A stretch of DNA of 63,407 nucleotides, filler included, from Octopus bimaculoides (lineage: Eukaryota), in assembly GCF_001194135.2 (NCBI RefSeq). It is 7 parts of 7 records of this genome, joined end to end, with 100 filler letters (N's around TTAATTAATTAA, not from the genome) between each part and the next. Parts side by side here need not be neighbours in the genome. Positions count along the whole stretch, not along the records: positions 1 to 26,371 come from NC_068991.1; 6 more parts are not named here. One strand, 5' to 3'. Position 1 is the first letter of the stretch; each line of letters opens with the position of its first letter. The position numbers were made by a program, and so were the translations under genes. Shown piece after piece: positions 13,050 through 25,060 of this stretch. Below the pieces are notes generated by a model that saw only the letters and a program-made list of their open reading frames with translations, was not told the origin of the DNA and did no database searches.

Positions 13050-14300
13050 GAATGTAGTTTTTAAAGCAGTTGGTCTGCTCCGTTATGACCGTCATGCCTT
13101 CTCTTTAGTCATTACTGACAGGCAAACGAAAAGTCCCTGCTCCCTCTAGCCAGAAGGCAGCAAGAATATTTTTAACATAAAACTTAGATAAGACTTTGAT
13201 GTTTCGACCAGAGATTGGTCCAGGCCATGTCTAACTTCATAGCACCACCTGATAGGATTATCTAAATCCTTTTTACAGTCAAGTTTTGTGATATTATGGT
13301 TCACCCATCACTAGTATGTCTCCGGAGTTGTATTTTTGTAGGAAGGAATTGATTTTGTTGAGGCACTCTTCAAAGCACTTTAGAGGTGCTTGGGGTGGGG
13401 CCTGTAAAGACCAACAATGATTACGTTTTTGGCCTTGTGGCATATTGATATAGATTCACAATAGCCATTGGAAAATATGACCTTGGCATCAACTGAAAAG
13501 GAATCATGGAGAAAGATGTTTGTCCCCTCTTCGTTTCGTTCTTTACGATTTGCGCGGACGATTGTGAAATCTTTTATTTCTACCTCGGCATCGATATGTG
13601 CGCTGTTTAGGTGAGTTTCAGTAAGGATAAATAAAGGGAAGCAATGAGCCGTTTCGGCAAGCCAACTCTCTATGTATGGGATCTTCCATTTTGGGGCAAT
13701 GAGTGATGGGTTGATGCCACGTACATTTAACAGGAATGTCGAGGTAAGGGTAGTTTGATGTTTGCATTGTTCTAAGTTACGTTTTATGTTGTTCAGAGGT
13801 AGCAATGAGGGTAGTTGTTGTATGGTGCTGTGTAAGTATGACTTTCTAGTTGGTGGTGGGTGGGTGTTCCTTCTGTTTTGCATAAATGACTGCTGATAGC
13901 TCGCTGGATCTCCTGGTTTGGGTCGGCTTCCATATTTTCTAGATAAGTTGACATTCACGTTTGTCATTGACGCGGAAATAGAATTCCAATGTAATTCTAC
14001 ATATCAACAATTTGTGGATATAAAAACGAATGGATGAGGAAGAGCTTCATCATTCCCTGTGCACTTCGCATGGGACCGAGTAATGATACTGTCTTACAGA
14101 ACTTACTTTTTATCGTAAATGATCCCTGATATTACTACCAAACAAAGAATTTCGGTAAGTTATATATAATCTTCGACCTGACAGTCATCCAGAAGTGGTT
14201 GTCAAGAAAATCCTTATCATTTTCCACTGTGCTCTCGAGCACACCATTATTCTTGCTCTCCACCTTATTATTCCTCTATTGAATGGAGAGGTAGCCATTA
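13050..14300 (-). mobile_element. CR1/Jockey-group LINE 5' fragment: apurinic endonuclease domain plus ORF1 remnant
   Basis: ORF 13380-13967: LLNVRG, ILTETHL, NRKERNEEG, IVGLYRP; continues frameshifted to GDILVMG. Confidence 0.85.
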
Positions 14301-14670
14301 CGATTCAACCAAACAAAAGGAGTGTTTAACTTTTATGTATGTATCTGTATAAACACATGTAATTTTGCAAAAGGATTTATAACATTTCTCAGCGTAGGTG
14401 CTGTCTTATTGGTACTTTTGTACTTGCAGTTTGTTTTGGCACTCATTATCTTCCTCAGACTTTCACGTAGAGTTTACCTCTTTGGTTTACTTTTACTGAT
14501 TGTTGTCGTAACAAACTATCGTAATTGCAAAGTAAGTTCATATCTTCTCTTGTCTCTGTTTCACTCCTTTTCACAATTAGATCAACGGAAACGAAAACAT
14601 GCAACCTAGAATTGTATGAACTGTTTCTCATCAATTGTCGTCTTCAGTTTTTTGTTTTGTTTAATTCCAG

Positions 14671-14846
14671 ATGTCAACATCAGCTCCCTAACTGACAAGA
14701 TAAAAGGGATCATCATTGGGATCCCTATACCGTTTCCAACGTCACAACCGGATGCTTGCACAGGGAAAGGTTTAACCTGTCCCCTGCTGCAAGGACGAAA
14801 CTACACTTACCGCAATGTCATGTTTGTCCGCGACACATATCCAAGA
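14671..14846 (+). CDS. NPC2: NPC2-like gene, coding exon 3 (NVNISSLTDKIKGIIIGIPIPFPTSQPDACTGKGLTCPLLQGRNYTYRNVMFVRDTYPR)
   Basis: Polypyrimidine acceptor ttaattccag|, donor AGA|GTAAGT, 176 bp, phase 1-0. Hallmark G(I/V)P(I/V)PFP..PD.C...G..CP.....Y.Y......V...YP motif. Confidence 0.95.
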
Positions 14847-16213
14847 GTAAGTAATAAATTCGACATTTTTATATTTGCACATAATCATACATACATACAT
14901 ACATACATGCATACATACATACATACATGCATACACGAGTACAACACTCAAAAAAACTGAAGTAGTTAGACGGTATTCGTCGCTTTATGAAAGATTTTCC
15001 TGTCTTTCCTGTGAGTTTTTCTGGTAACTATTTTGCAGTCACTGGTATCTCTGATTTAGTTACCTTTTGAATTTTTGTCTGTTACATTTTATGTGCCGTT
15101 TCCCTCTTCATTTTTTCCTGTGACTATTTTCTGTGACATTTTTCGTGTCACGTTTTCTTGTGACATTTTCTCGTGATTTTTGCTCTTGTAACTTTTTCCT
15201 CACACTTATTTCTGCGAGATTTTCCTGTTAGTTATTTCCAAAACTTTTCCCCTGTCACTTTCTCCTGTGACTTATGAATTCTTGCGTTCCCTTTTCCCTC
15301 TGACGTTCTCTTCTGACTTATGATACTCCTGAGAGTTTTTTCCAGTTACTCCCTCTCGGGAGTAGAGCCACGATTTGTTTAGCTACTCCTAGCAGCTCAT
15401 CTGTTGCACCGAGGCAATTTTCTTTTGTGTAGTGGCGTTGAATTCCTTCGAGTTTCGCCGTTTGTTTGGATAGACACACATAAGCGCGCGCGCGAGCACA
15501 CAAACACACACACACACACAATGATTTGTATCCTCACCGGAGGACGCTTAGGGTTTTGAAAAGATCGATCATCGATTGCAGTGCAAACTTTTAAACACAA
15601 AATGAGAAATTCTACACTTGTGTTATGTATTGAATGCTACAATGAAAGTATTCCACGAATACATACAAACATAGAAATACATACAGACACACAGATGTGT
15701 CTGTGTTTGTGTGTGTAAGCGAAAACAAACATTGTTTGATTTTTCACTGAATTCTGNNNNNNNNNNNNNNNNNNNNNNNNNNNNNNNNNNNNNNNNNNNN
15801 NNNNNNNNNNNNNNNNNNNNNNNNNNNNNNNNNNNNNNNNNNNNNNNNNNNNNNNNNNNNNNNNNNNNNNNNNNNNNNNNNNNNNNNNNNNNNNNNNNNN
15901 NNNNNNNNNNNNNNNNNNNNNNNNNNNNNNNNNNNNNNNNNNNNNNNNNNNNNNNNNNNNNNNNNNNNNNNNNNNNNNNNNNNNNNNNNNNNNNNNNNNN
16001 NNNNNNNNNNNNNNNNNNNNNNNNNNNNNNNNNNNNNNNNNNNNNNNNNNNNNNNNNNNNNNNNNNNNNNNNNNNNNNNNNNNNNNNNNNNNNNNNNNNN
16101 NNNNNNNNNNNNNNNNNNNNNNNNNNNNNNNNNNNNNNNNNNNNNNNNNNNNNNNNNNNNNNNNNNNNNNNNNNNNNNNNNNNNNNNNNNNNNNNNNNNN
16201 NNNNNNNNNNNNN

Positions 16214-16250
<37 letters not shown>

Positions 16251-16269
16251 ATTATTTCAAAGTTTTGGC

Positions 16270-16460
16270 CCACGGGGAGCTTGGGGAAAGTGGGGATATA
16301 TCGATTACATCGACCCCGGTACGCAACTAGTACTTATTTTATCGACCCCGAAATGTTGAAAAGCAAAGTCGACCTCGGCGGAATTTGAACACAGAACGTA
16401 GCGACGGGCGAAATCTCGCTAAGCATTTTGTCCAACGTGCTAACGATTCTGTTCGCTTGC
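16270..16460 (-). mobile_element. tRNA-derived SINE, family 1
   Basis: Reverse complement of the 10126/20330 consensus (AAAGTCGACCTCGGCGGAATTTGAAC). Confidence 0.85.
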
Positions 16461-17101
16461 TGGAGTTACAATGTATATAATAACAAATACTTGAGGTTTA
16501 CACACAAATGGTTGAACGATCAGTATACAATGGCTTTCGTTTGAGTAGGTCTATATGTAAGAGGACGAGAAACCTGAAACTTGAGCGAAAACAATCTCAC
16601 TCAAAAGTTATGGTCTACGATGGAAACGGATTTCGGTGTTTCAGACGTAAAGACCAACGTGTAACAATGATATTTAAAATATAAGAACAGGACGTAACGG
16701 GTTGGAATTTTATCGTTTGCGACTGAGAGGAAGTAATCGAGAAGTAGTTCCGTGTAAGGAACCAAGAGAACAGCACCAAACACGATCAAGAAGTCATTGA
16801 CCGATGCAACGCTGGCGTCTGAGACAATCTGCAAGGGTGCAGAATATGTATGCTGATAGCTTACATCCGTTTTATGGCAATGACCAACGCTTGACTACCG
16901 GAGTGAGGATGTTTGTTTGAGGTGTCGAGTATGTATGTTGTGGTGTTAGGAACAGAGCGCTCTGAACCTGCTAAACCAACTGGTGCCGTCTGGAAACTTC
17001 GGAATGTGAAGGTGAAAGTAAGCGTCAACAATGTTGCTAATTTGTTAACTACCGTACATCAAGAAGAAAGATTTTATATATATATATATACATATATGTA
17101 T

Positions 17102-17139
<38 letters not shown>

Positions 17140-17582
17140 GTGTGTGTATATATATAAGATNNNNNNNNNNNNNNNNNNNNNNNNNNNNNNNNNNNNNNNN
17201 NNNNNNNNNNNNNNNNNNNNNNNNNNNNNNNNNNNNNNNNNNNNNNNNNNNNNNNNNNNNNNNNNNNNNNNNNNNNNNNNNNNNNNNNNNNNNNNNNNNN
17301 NNNNNNNNNNNNNNNNNNNNNNNNNNNNNNNNNNNNNNNNNNNNNNNNNNNNNNNNNNNNNNNNNNNNNNNNNNNNNNNNNNNNNNNNNNNNNNNNNNNN
17401 NNNNNNNNNNNNNNNNNNNNNNNNNNNNNNNNNNNNNNNNNNNNNNNNNNNNNNNNNNNNNNNNNNNNNNNNNNNNNNNNNNNNNNNNNNNNNNNNNNNN
17501 NNNNNNNNNNNNNNNNNNNNNNNNNNNNNNNNNNNNNNNNNNNNNNNNNNNNNNNNNNNNNNNNNNNNNNNNNNNNNNNNNN

Positions 17583-17641
<59 letters not shown>

Positions 17642-17989
17642 TTTTTAGAGTAGTAGTGGAATATCCTTCAGAGATGCATTGATGTTTACGATGAGTATAT
17701 AGGTATAAATTATCCACCTGGGTACCGTACGGTACCCCGGTATAGTCCAGGTGTAGAAGTACCTGGGATTACCTAGGGTCGGCATTTCCATTATAATTCA
17801 ACCGATGGTTAAATCCTTATATTTAAATACGTGATGTTATTCTCGTTCTTGTTTACGCATTTCATTTTTCAAGTCTAGACTAAACAAATTCATTTTTTTA
17901 ACTGGAAATTACGTTTATTTGTACGGCTTTTATAGATGGGTTTTTCCCCGCCTTTTTCTTTTCTCTTCGATCCAACGTCACAAAACTCG

Positions 17990-18240
17990 CTGATTGTTAA
18001 TTCCTAATTAGGACAATAAGGTGGAGGCGTCACATATCTTTCATTGCTGACAGCCCCTAAAACCATGACAGTTGCAGAAAATCTTCTATGTATAACACTT
18101 GGAGCTTCAGAAAGGTTTACACATAACCAGCTGTCATTTCTTCTTTTAACTTTTTGACCTTGGTCGATGCTTTTCTTGTTTAAGAGCCTTTTAGATCTGA
18201 TGGTAGTGATTGTCTCCAGCTTTTTCGGACAAATTGACCC
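17990..18240 (-). mobile_element. Tc1/mariner (maT-like) transposase fragment
   Basis: DQGQKVKRRNDSWLCVNLSEAPSVIHRRFSATVMVLGAVSNE..VTPP. Confidence 0.7.
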
Positions 18241-18710
18241 TTCCTCATCATATAAGACTTATACTTGAACATAAATAGATATAAATATATATATATACTG
18301 AATATATATATNNNNNNNNNNNNNNNNNNNNNNNNNNNNNNNNNNNNNNNNNNNNNNNNNNNNNNNNNNNNNNNNNNNNNNNNNNNNNNNNNNNNNNNNN
18401 NNNNNNNNNNNNNNNNNNNNNNNNNNNNNNNNNNNNNNNNNNNNNNNNNNNNNNNNNNNNNNNNNNNNNNNNNNNNNNNNNNNNNNNNNNNNNNNNNNNN
18501 NNNNNNNNNNNNNNNNNNNNNNNNNNNNNNNNNNNNNNNNNNNNNNNNNNNNNNNNNNNNNNNNNNNNNNNNNNNNNNNNNNNNNNNNNNNNNNNNNNNN
18601 NNNNNNNNNNNNNNNNNNNNNNNNNNNNNNGTGTGTGTTTGCTTATAGTAATAAATAACTTTGTTTATCGATATCTTAATTGACTGTAATTTTACTTATC
18701 GATTTTTCAG

Positions 18711-18794
18711 ATCCGACTGATAGTGGAATGGGCCGTCGTGGATGCAGATAACACACCTGTTTTTTGTATTAAAATTCCCGCCCTAATACAATAA
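18711..18794 (+). CDS. NPC2: NPC2-like gene, last coding exon (IRLIVEWAVVDADNTPVFCIKIPALIQ*)
   Basis: Acceptor gatttttcag|, phase 0. Matches NPC2 [23 protein letters not shown]. TAA at 18792-18794. The four exons total 447 bp = 148 aa + stop. Confidence 0.93.
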   Translation: MRLIVEWAVVDADNTPVFCIKIPALIQ

Positions 18795-18850
18795 GAGAAA
18801 GAGAGAGAGAGAGACGCGCTGTTGTCAGCAGAACCCAGAGAATATAATTT

Positions 18851-18851
18851 G

Positions 18852-18882
<31 letters not shown>

Positions 18883-18942
18883 GCAGCAACAGCAGCAACA
18901 GCAGCAGCAGCAACAACAACAATTATAATAATAATAATAATA
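18851..18942 (+). repeat. (CAA)n(CAG)n(TAA)n trinucleotide tract in the NPC2 3' UTR
   Basis: Seen directly, ~60 nt after the NPC2 stop codon. Confidence 0.9.
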
Positions 18943-18993
18943 GTCAAGACGAAGAGCGCGATATTTCAACTGTAAGTCAGTCTTTGTTCAACC

Positions 18994-18999
18994 AATAAA
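18994..18999 (+). promoter_or_regulatory. Candidate polyadenylation signal of the NPC2-like gene
   Basis: AATAAA ~200 nt after the stop codon; position plausible but untested. Confidence 0.35.
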
Positions 19000-19394
19000 A
19001 TATGAAATGCAATCGAATCGCGCTCTTTGTTTTGACTGTTTACCTTTGTGAAGAGTTACGTCAATCCTTTTTAAAATAATAATAATAATAATAATAATGA
19101 TAATAATAATAATAATGATAATGATAATAGTACCAACAATGGCGACAGCGACAACAATAGCAGTAACAAAACTAGTTTCTGTAGTGTTATACCTCATTAT
19201 TTGATGCAATTGAAAGAATTGGCCTTTAAGCATTTTATGATTAGCTCTTTGTCACATCATCTGTCTAGAACTTAGTGTTTGGTATTGATCAATTCGATGA
19301 TGTTTGATTAATAAAGATCTTCGGATTTAACAGGGTCTTTGTTGTAATGTTTATGTTGCGGGTTTCGTACCTTTTATCTTTCATTTTCTTTTCA

Positions 19395-19790
19395 ATCTTT
19401 TACTTGTTTCACTCATCAGACTGCGGCCATGCTGGGCTATTGAAGAGGTTTTTTTTTTGTTCCGTTGAATGAATCGACCCCAGTACTTATTCTATCGGTC
19501 AGTTTTGCTGACCCGCCAAGTTATGGAGACGTAAACACACAAACACCGGTTATGAACCCCGCTGTACTCTTTCTCTCACTGTTTCTTCCTGTTTCTGTTG
19601 TACCTGTATTTCAAAGGGCCAGCCTTGTCACACTCTGTGTCCCGCTGAATATCCCCGAGAGCTACGTTAAGGGTACACGTGTCTGTGGAGTGCTCAGCCA
19701 CTTGCACGTTAATTCCACGAGTAGGCTGTTCCGTTGATCGGATCAACTGGAACCCTCGTCGTCGTAACCGACGGAGTGCCACGAACATAC
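19395..19790. mobile_element. SINE family 2 3' part (minus) adjoining another SINE-like repeat
   Basis: CAGACTGCGGCCATGCTGG/ATCGACCCCAGTACTTATTCTATCGGTC matches other copies; GCTGTTCCGTTGATCGGATCAACTGG is shared with 4425-4450. Confidence 0.7.
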
Positions 19791-20329
19791 GTAATTACTA
19801 GAATTTTAATATTTTTCTAATTTGTAATTTGTAGTGTATCTTTAAATTAATTATTTTTTTGTCAGGAGGGAAGGGAAAATACACTTCACTGTGGCCCCAA
19901 AACTGGTAGAAGGAAGGAATTTATTTCCAAACTGGAATCGTGGCTCGAATGCTTTTACTAGAATGGACTCCGTTAAGAACATCAGGTGGAGATACGCAAT
20001 TAAGTAAACCATCCAGAAACACTCAATATTTTTAGTTTTTCTTTTCTATCAGAAGCTAAATGAATAAGCCTGGGAAAAAATTCATGTAACCAGTGGCCTC
20101 CTTCTTAGAAATATGTACCACGATGCATAATTTCACTTGCCTAGGTGCGAAACCGTGGCCTACAGCTTGAAACATATGATACATACCCATTGTATATAGA
20201 ATTTTCGGGGCACATCCAACTACACCGAGTACAAGAGCAATGTTCCTCGGTGCGTTATCAGGATATCACTGGTTTACACGCGCGCGCACACACACACACA
20301 TACGCATTCTCTAATTTTGTCTACTGAGT

Positions 20330-20753
20330 AAGGCGGCGAGGTGGCAGAAACGTTAGCACACCGGGCGAAACGCTTAGTAGTATTTCGTCTGCCGCTAGGT
20401 TCTGAGTTCAAATTCCGCCGAGGTCGACTTTACCTTTCATCCTTTCGGGGTTGATTAAATAAGTACCAGTTACGCACTGGGGTCGATATAATCGACTTAA
20501 TCCGTTTGTCTGCCCTTGTTTGTCCCCTCTGTGTTTAGCCCCTTGTGGGCAATAAAGAGATAAGAAACACTAGCAGGCCGGGCGAAATGCTTAGCGGTAT
20601 TTCGTCTGTCTTTACGTTCTGAGTTCAAATTCCGTCGAGGTCGACTTTGCCTTTCATTCTTTCGGGGTCAATGAATTAAGTACCAGTTGCGTACTGGGGT
20701 CGATCTAATCGACAGGTCCCCCTCCCCCAGAATTTCGGGCCTTGTAACTATAG
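20330..20753 (+). mobile_element. Tandem/dimeric SINE family 1
   Basis: Two consecutive units, each with CCGGGCGAAA..GTTCTGAGTTCAAATTCCG.CGAGGTCGACTTT. Confidence 0.88.
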
Positions 20754-21097
20754 NNNNNNNNNNNNNNNNNNNNNNNNNNNNNNNNNNNNNNNNNNNNNNN
20801 NNNNNNNNNNNNNNNNNNNNNNNNNNNNNNNNNNNNNNNNNNNNNNNNNNNNNNNNNNNNNNNNNNNNNNNNNNNNNNNNNNNNNNNNNNNNNNNNNNNN
20901 NNNNNNNNNNNNNNNNNNNNNNNNNNNNNNNNNNNNNNNNNNNNNNNNNNNNNNNNNNNNNNNNNNNNNNNNNNNNNNNNNNNNNNNNNNNNNNNNNNNN
21001 NNNNNNNNNNNNNNNNNNNNNNNNNNNNNNNNNNNNNNNNNNNNNNNNNNNNNNNNNNNNNNNNNNNNNNNNNNNNNNNNNNNNNNNNNNNNNNNNN

Positions 21098-21129
<32 letters not shown>

Positions 21130-21599
21130 GAAAGAGGGAGAGAGAGAGAGAGAGGAAAAGAAAGAGGGTGAGAGAGAGTGAGAGAGAGAAAGAGAGATAG
21201 AGAGAGAACATCACTGGGAAAACGTGACACAAAACGTCACAAGAAGTCACATGAAATTTTCAATGACTAATTAACATGTTTTCTCTATTCATGAACCATT
21301 AAACAGGGTTCTACGCATACGTGTGTAATGTCGTTATAAAAATAGAATCGTTGTGGAATGCAAGTCATGGAATGCCTAATAAAAATAGAATCGTTATAAA
21401 TTCTTTAATTACTTTTATAGTATTTAAAATGAATGGCGACCGATTTGCTTCGCTTAAACTGAAGATTTTTTTCTATAGTTTTGCTCGTGATATTTTCTCC
21501 CGAGACGATACAGCAGTATTTTTTTTCTCTTGTCAGTGAACAGGTCACACACACACACACTCACACACACACACGCACGCACACACAATCACACGCACA

Positions 21600-22620
21600 T
21601 GTTATATCTTAGGCTGAAAATCATATCCACTGTACCTCTACCAGCCCGAAAGCCATACTGAGATTCAGGCAACAAGAAGCTGGCATTGGCAAAAATACAT
21701 ATGCGACTATTTTCAGCTGTTATGCTCCAACCACGAACTCAACTGAAGTCGTCAAAGAGCAGTTCTACTCCGAGCTACGTAGCCAGTTGAGAGGAGTCTC
21801 CATCCTTGATAAAGTTCTTGGTATTTCACTGCACGTGTAGGTTGTGGTACATCCATATGGAGTGACATGGTGTTGGTTAGGCAAACTCAAACGGCAACCT
21901 GCTGCTATCGCTTTGCTGTGAGTATGGCTTTGGATTACCAATACTATTTTCCAACTCCCTTACTTCCGCAAAAATTCCTTGAAGCATCCCTTGTAAAACT
22001 ATTATCAGTTCATTGATTACATAATTGCGAGGTCTTCCACGAGGGAAGTTGTCCAAGTAACACGTTCTTTCTCTATTGAGGAGCGTTGGTCTGACCATAG
22101 ACTGATACGATCAAATATGAATTTTACTATCTGCTGACCTATTCGTAACAATCGCACCCGACCAATTCGAAAAGTGAATGTGACAAAGATGAGGAACAAT
22201 GACAATTTAACCGAATTTCAAACAACCTGTGACAACAAGCTTCTGGCATCTCAGACAACACAGATATTGAATCAGTGTGGTTTGCTTGTAAAAATGCTGT
22301 ATTTGAATCATCTTGTGAAACACTCGGGTTTGTTAAAAGGAAGCGCCAAGATTGGTTCGACTCAAATGATCCAAACATCTCCCCTCTTTTGGACAATATG
22401 CATAAGTGCTACTGCCAAAGGACGTCAAATAAAAATAATATCACAAAATGCAACGAATTGTAAAAGCCAGAAATACATGCCAATCTCAACAGAATCAAAT
22501 AAAACAGATATGGTGGCAAAAGAACTGTCAGTTGCTCCATCAAATACTGAGATAAAAAAAAAGGCCATAAAACAGCTCACGAAGGAAAAGTCATCTGGAA
22601 ACTATGGCTTCGAAACATGA
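21600..22620 (+). mobile_element. Decayed RTE (BovB-like) LINE, endonuclease C-terminus and linker
   Basis: NSNGNLLLSLCCEY, ITNTIFQ, IDYII, ERWSDHRLIRS, RKRQDWFD motifs with frameshifts. Confidence 0.75.
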
Positions 22621-22893
22621 GTATATGTTATGTTGTGACTCAAGGAGATTTTCGTGTGTTGGCACTTATCAAATTAGTTTAATAGGTCTGTTAATAGAAA
22701 CAGGAAAATAAACTCAGTATAATCTTTTATTTTTTTTTTCATTCTTTTATCTGTTTCAGTTATTTGACTGCAGCCATGCTGGAGCATCGCCCATAATTTT
22801 AGCAGGGTGTTGTCTGAGATACCAGTAACTTTGTTGTCACAAGTTGCATATATATGACTCAGTATATGCATATATATATATATATATATATAT

Positions 22894-22959
<66 letters not shown>

Positions 22960-23517
22960 ATAACTCAGTATATGTATATATATATATATATTTCGTTTTT
23001 GTAATTGGTTTTTGCAAGATTCTTTATATGAATTCGTGTGTTGATTTATATTCTATTGTGTCTGGGGAGAGACATCCTGTTTTAATGCCAGTTCGATTTC
23101 CAATCATTTACTTTTTTTACTTTTTCTGAAATTGCAACCTCTTCGATAATAATAATATATAGCCCAGTATATGCGTATATATATTGAACTGCAAGAAAGA
23201 AAAAAAAAACAGAAAAAAAAAGAAATGTTGCACTGTAAAAGATGATTTGTTTTACACACGATATTGAGATTATTGGATTTTATCACAATTCAAGGTAATT
23301 TGGCATAAGGAAGAAGTCCGTGACCCACAACACTACTCGTTTTTGAAAACGTAAGGATTGCATGCAGGGTTCGAACTCGCTCACTTATTGTAAACATGGT
23401 AATGCTCGCGTACGCATCTTTATGAAAAACATGATGCAAGTGCAAAGCGTTGACTCATTGGGTACAAAGGGCCCTTAAATTTACCAGCCTATCATTCCTT
23501 TCCCGAATGCAGCAAGC

Positions 23518-23720
23518 ATGCCAAGACTGACAGGAAATCAGAGGGAGCAAGCTATCGGACGTCTCCATGCTGGTCAACGTCCACGAGTCATGTCTAATGA
23601 CTTGAACTGCAGTATTCGGACAATTGTGTGACTGAGGGAACGATACAATGCCACACAAAGAGTGGCCGACCGAGGGTTACAATGGCACATTAAGATCGCC
23701 ACCTGCACCGACATCATAAT
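23518..23720 (+). mobile_element. Tc1 transposase N-terminal fragment
   Basis: MPRLTGNQREQAIGRLHAGQRPRVMSNDLNCSIRTIV*LRERY...SGRPRVT. Confidence 0.75.
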
Positions 23721-23940
23721 TTTTTTTAATGGAAGTTAAAATGAATTCCACGCGAAGAGTAAACAGGAGCCAGAATATCCGAGATATGAAAGAAATAAAG
23801 ATATCCTTAATGCAAGGCTGTGCTCCGGCATGGCCGTAACCCTACGACTGAAACCATTCAAAGAATAAAAGAATCCTGACTTTAGGGCTAGGCAACAACT
23901 GTGAATACATAATGCGACCAGTAGCTTTAGATTGTCTCTC

Positions 23941-23977
<37 letters not shown>

Positions 23978-24158
23978 NNNNNNNNNNNNNNNNNNNNNNN
24001 NNNNNNNNNNNNNNNNNNNNNNNNNNNNNNNNNNNNNNNNNNNNNNNNNNNNNNNNNNNNNNNNNNNNNNNNNNNNNNNNNNNNNNNNNNNNNNNNNNNN
24101 NNNNNNNNNNNNNNNNNNNNNNNNNNNNNNNNNNNNNNNNNNNNNNNNNNNNNNNNNN

Positions 24159-24204
<46 letters not shown>

Positions 24205-24559
24205 CATGTGTGTGCGCGGATGTGTATATGTACGTACTTATACGTGTGTGCGTGTCTACACCGACGCATACAACAGTCAAGATATATAGGCTGTTTGAGT
24301 ATAGTTAGCTTATATACACTACATCTGCACCATTCTGTGTGGGCTGATAGCAATAGGTCCTGCTGTTTCTTGGGTCACTTGACCTGCTAATAATGGCAAC
24401 TTGATCTCTCTTAAATCTGACACTACCATTTTAAAAAATGAAAGATAATGTAGTTCTAAATATATAATGGAGACGAGTGGACAAACATTTTACGAGGGAG
24501 CCGTAGATGTACGAAGATATTCAATAGATATAAATCAATGGCCTCGTTCAGTTATGCAC

Positions 24560-24765
24560 CTCCTGTCAAAAATAAAATATATTAGATATGTATAATGATC
24601 CCTTCCAGGGGGCACTATTATCGATATTTTCAACAATCTGAGTATGCCATGAGGTTTCCAGACTACTCATGTGTCAAGTTTCCTCAAAATCGATGTAGGA
24701 GGAGTTAGCTAACAACACCACAAACACACTCACAGACAGAATTTCCCACATATGTAGTAGATATA
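24560..24765 (+). mobile_element. Helitron/Helentron-type non-autonomous repeat (second copy inverted at 42290-42500)
   Basis: Both copies share GTGTCAAGTTTC.TCAAAATCGAT..AGGAGGAGTTAGCTAAC..CAC.CAAACA...GTAGTAGAT; the classification is inferred from the HINE-like 3' end. Confidence 0.5.
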
Positions 24766-24774
24766 TATACACGA

Positions 24775-24935
24775 CAGGTTTCTTTCAGTTTCTGTCTAAC
24801 AAATCCCTTCACACGACTTGGGTCGGCTCGGGGCTATAGTAGAAGACACTTACTCAAGGCGCCACGCAGTGGGACTGAACCCAGAACCAAATGGTTTGAA
24901 AGCAAGATTCTTACCACACGGCCACACCTGCGCTT
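24775..24935 (-). mobile_element. SINE family 2 head
   Basis: Reverse complement of GGCGCAGG.GTGGC.GTGTGGTAAG...GGGTTCAGTCCCACTGCGTGGC.CCTTG.G.AAGTGTCTTCTACTATAGCC; similar copies at 9075-9190 and 57447-57590. Confidence 0.8.
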
Positions 24936-25002
24936 AAATGGAATATTTTATAAATAAGATCTTGTATATATCAATGAGTATTGCGTTTTTTGTTATCTTT
25001 CA

Positions 25003-25060
<58 letters not shown>

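Noticed and set aside
16601-17060. ORFs 16601-16834 (-) and 16913 (+)
   Set aside because: No recognisable domain, inconsistent splice geometry (36-nt intron), lies in an NPC2 intron.
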